DNA of 64,000 nt from Selaginella moellendorffii (Eukaryota > Plantae > Lycopodiophyta), in assembly GCF_000143415.4 (NCBI RefSeq), contig NW_003314261.1:4856418-4920417 (forward strand). The letters are read 5' to 3'. The first letter of the stretch is position 1; the number at the start of each line of letters is the position of its first letter. The notes beneath the pieces were generated by a model that made no database searches, was not told where the DNA came from, and saw nothing but the letters and a program-made list of their open reading frames with translations. Position numbers and translations under genes: made by a program. Positions 60,317-64,000 of this stretch are shown here, piece by piece.

Positions 60317-60975
60317 TTGCTTGTCATTCTTGTCAGCTGTCCAATTTTCCAGGATTGTTGGACATCGTTGAGTCGAACAAGTCATCGCATAAGATTCCAT
60401 AGTTTTTTCTATGGAAAATATTTCTCGTATAAAGAATAGGTTTTTTCTTCAACTCCCTGGAACAGTGCGGATGTTCGTGGCTACTGGGCGTGGTCTTTGC
60501 TAGTCAATTGGAAGTTGAATAACGCATATAGCCAAAGATTTGGTTTAAGCACTTTTCTCTCTAACACAGAATGTAGTGGTCCATCACTTTCCACGGTGAT
60601 AATCGAAGGATTAGTTCTGCTTGACGTGGTTGATATTCTAAAACAAAAACATAAAGATCAGGATATGAAATTGAGATAGAATTATTACCGTGCCTCCAAG
60701 TTTCTAGGCCGTGATTGAGCTCCACAATGTCCACGGAGTTGCGAAGATCTCGACTCCTTGACAGTGGACGATCCCCGGCGTAAAGACGCATCGATTGTGA
60801 TAGTCTCTAAACGTAATTGAATGCAAGAACCTGTAACGAGCTATAAGTAAAGGAGGAAGCTCAAAGTCGAGAGCTCTACGAGCGGCTGCAATATCTTTCG
60901 GAAGATTTGAGTATGCTTCATACCAAACCGAGTCTAGCGTCATTCCAATGACACCACGCTAGTTGGCCTGCTTTG
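60317..60975. pseudogene. Partial, rearranged GH1 beta-glucosidase pseudogene
   Basis: Minus-strand [29 protein letters not shown] and RNSVDIVELNH; plus-strand DVRGYWAWSLLVNW..YSQRFGL; deletions and frameshifts relative to the adjacent BGLU gene. Confidence 0.85.
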
Positions 60976-61609
60976 TCAATCAGTCAAATCAGATAAGGAC
61001 TGAAGAAAAAAGTTGATGGAAGAACAAAAAAAAAACCAATAGTGGGGTGCTTGCCGTAGAATGGAAACCAATGGAGCGGAGCCTTAATTTCTTCTCAATG
61101 CCATCCTGAAAACAAAGAAACAAAGATTTGAGACTAAACTCTTTGATGCTTGCGGACACACAGGATTGAACGACGAGACAATGTATTGCGCTGATAGAAA
61201 ATTTTGGTTTCCCTTCCTCGTATTAGGCCGCGGCTCCATAATTCCCTAGTCCAGAGCCTTGGTTTGGACCATCTCTAGCCCAGTGACCCCTTGACACTTG
61301 AAACAGCCACGGCCTCCGAATGATCCTGTATTGCCAAGACCGCCGCTGCCATATCACCACCGCCACCACCACCTGTTCACCCTGTAGCCACTCCATTTTC
61401 ATTGCAACAATCATTGATCCTTGAAAATGGTGCGGACATTTTTTATTTCTGTTTTAAATTTATTTATTTATTGTTTTAACTGAGCATATTTTTTGTTATT
61501 GTTTACAAGGTTACAATGATACTTTACAAGGTCTCCATTTCAAGATCATGATCAATTCATCCCTCCAGAGACATAAAAAATAAAGAATGATTTTGGCTTT
61601 ACATAGTCT

Positions 61610-61709
61610 NNNNNNNNNNNNNNNNNNNNNNNNNNNNNNNNNNNNNNNNNNNNNNNNNNNNNNNNNNNNNNNNNNNNNNNNNNNNNNNNNNNNNNNNNNN
61701 NNNNNNNNN
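61610..61709. other. Assembly gap (100 N)
   Basis: Run of n. Confidence 1.
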
Positions 61710-63982
<2,273 letters not shown>

Positions 63983-64000
63983 TGGGAGCAAGGAGAGATC

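Overview
Gene-dense eukaryotic nuclear DNA from a land plant. Very short GT-AG introns (~50-80 nt), tiny intergenic spaces, telo-box promoters and several intronless PLS-type PPR genes suggest a lycophyte such as Selaginella (inference). The window holds about 25 protein genes: KING1-like CBS protein, polyprenol reductase, DRN/PUCHI-like ERF, ALG5, VDE-related protein, GDSL lipase, TDY MAPK, extensin, CRR1, PTST3-like protein, C2 protein, class III peroxidase, WRKY IIc, three PPR-E genes, F-box protein, UBP26, divergent PLATZ, cyclin U and GH1 beta-glucosidase, plus several uncharacterized ones. It also has two tRNA genes, two pseudogene regions and three assembly gaps. The most striking element is at 34099-35510. 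A small NFD6/NOXY2-like mitochondrial gene carries, inside its second intron, an in-frame alternative terminal exon encoding an acidic linker plus what looks like only the N-terminal (RT0) domain of a group II intron maturase. This would be a candidate mini-maturase that borrows the host presequence by alternative splicing. Other notable items are a PLATZ protein with a KLFGV repressor motif and H1-like repeats, a CpG-free AT island within a C-to-T-decayed pseudogene, and a beta-glucosidase pseudogene with an internal inversion. All family assignments come from motif recognition by eye; no searches were run.
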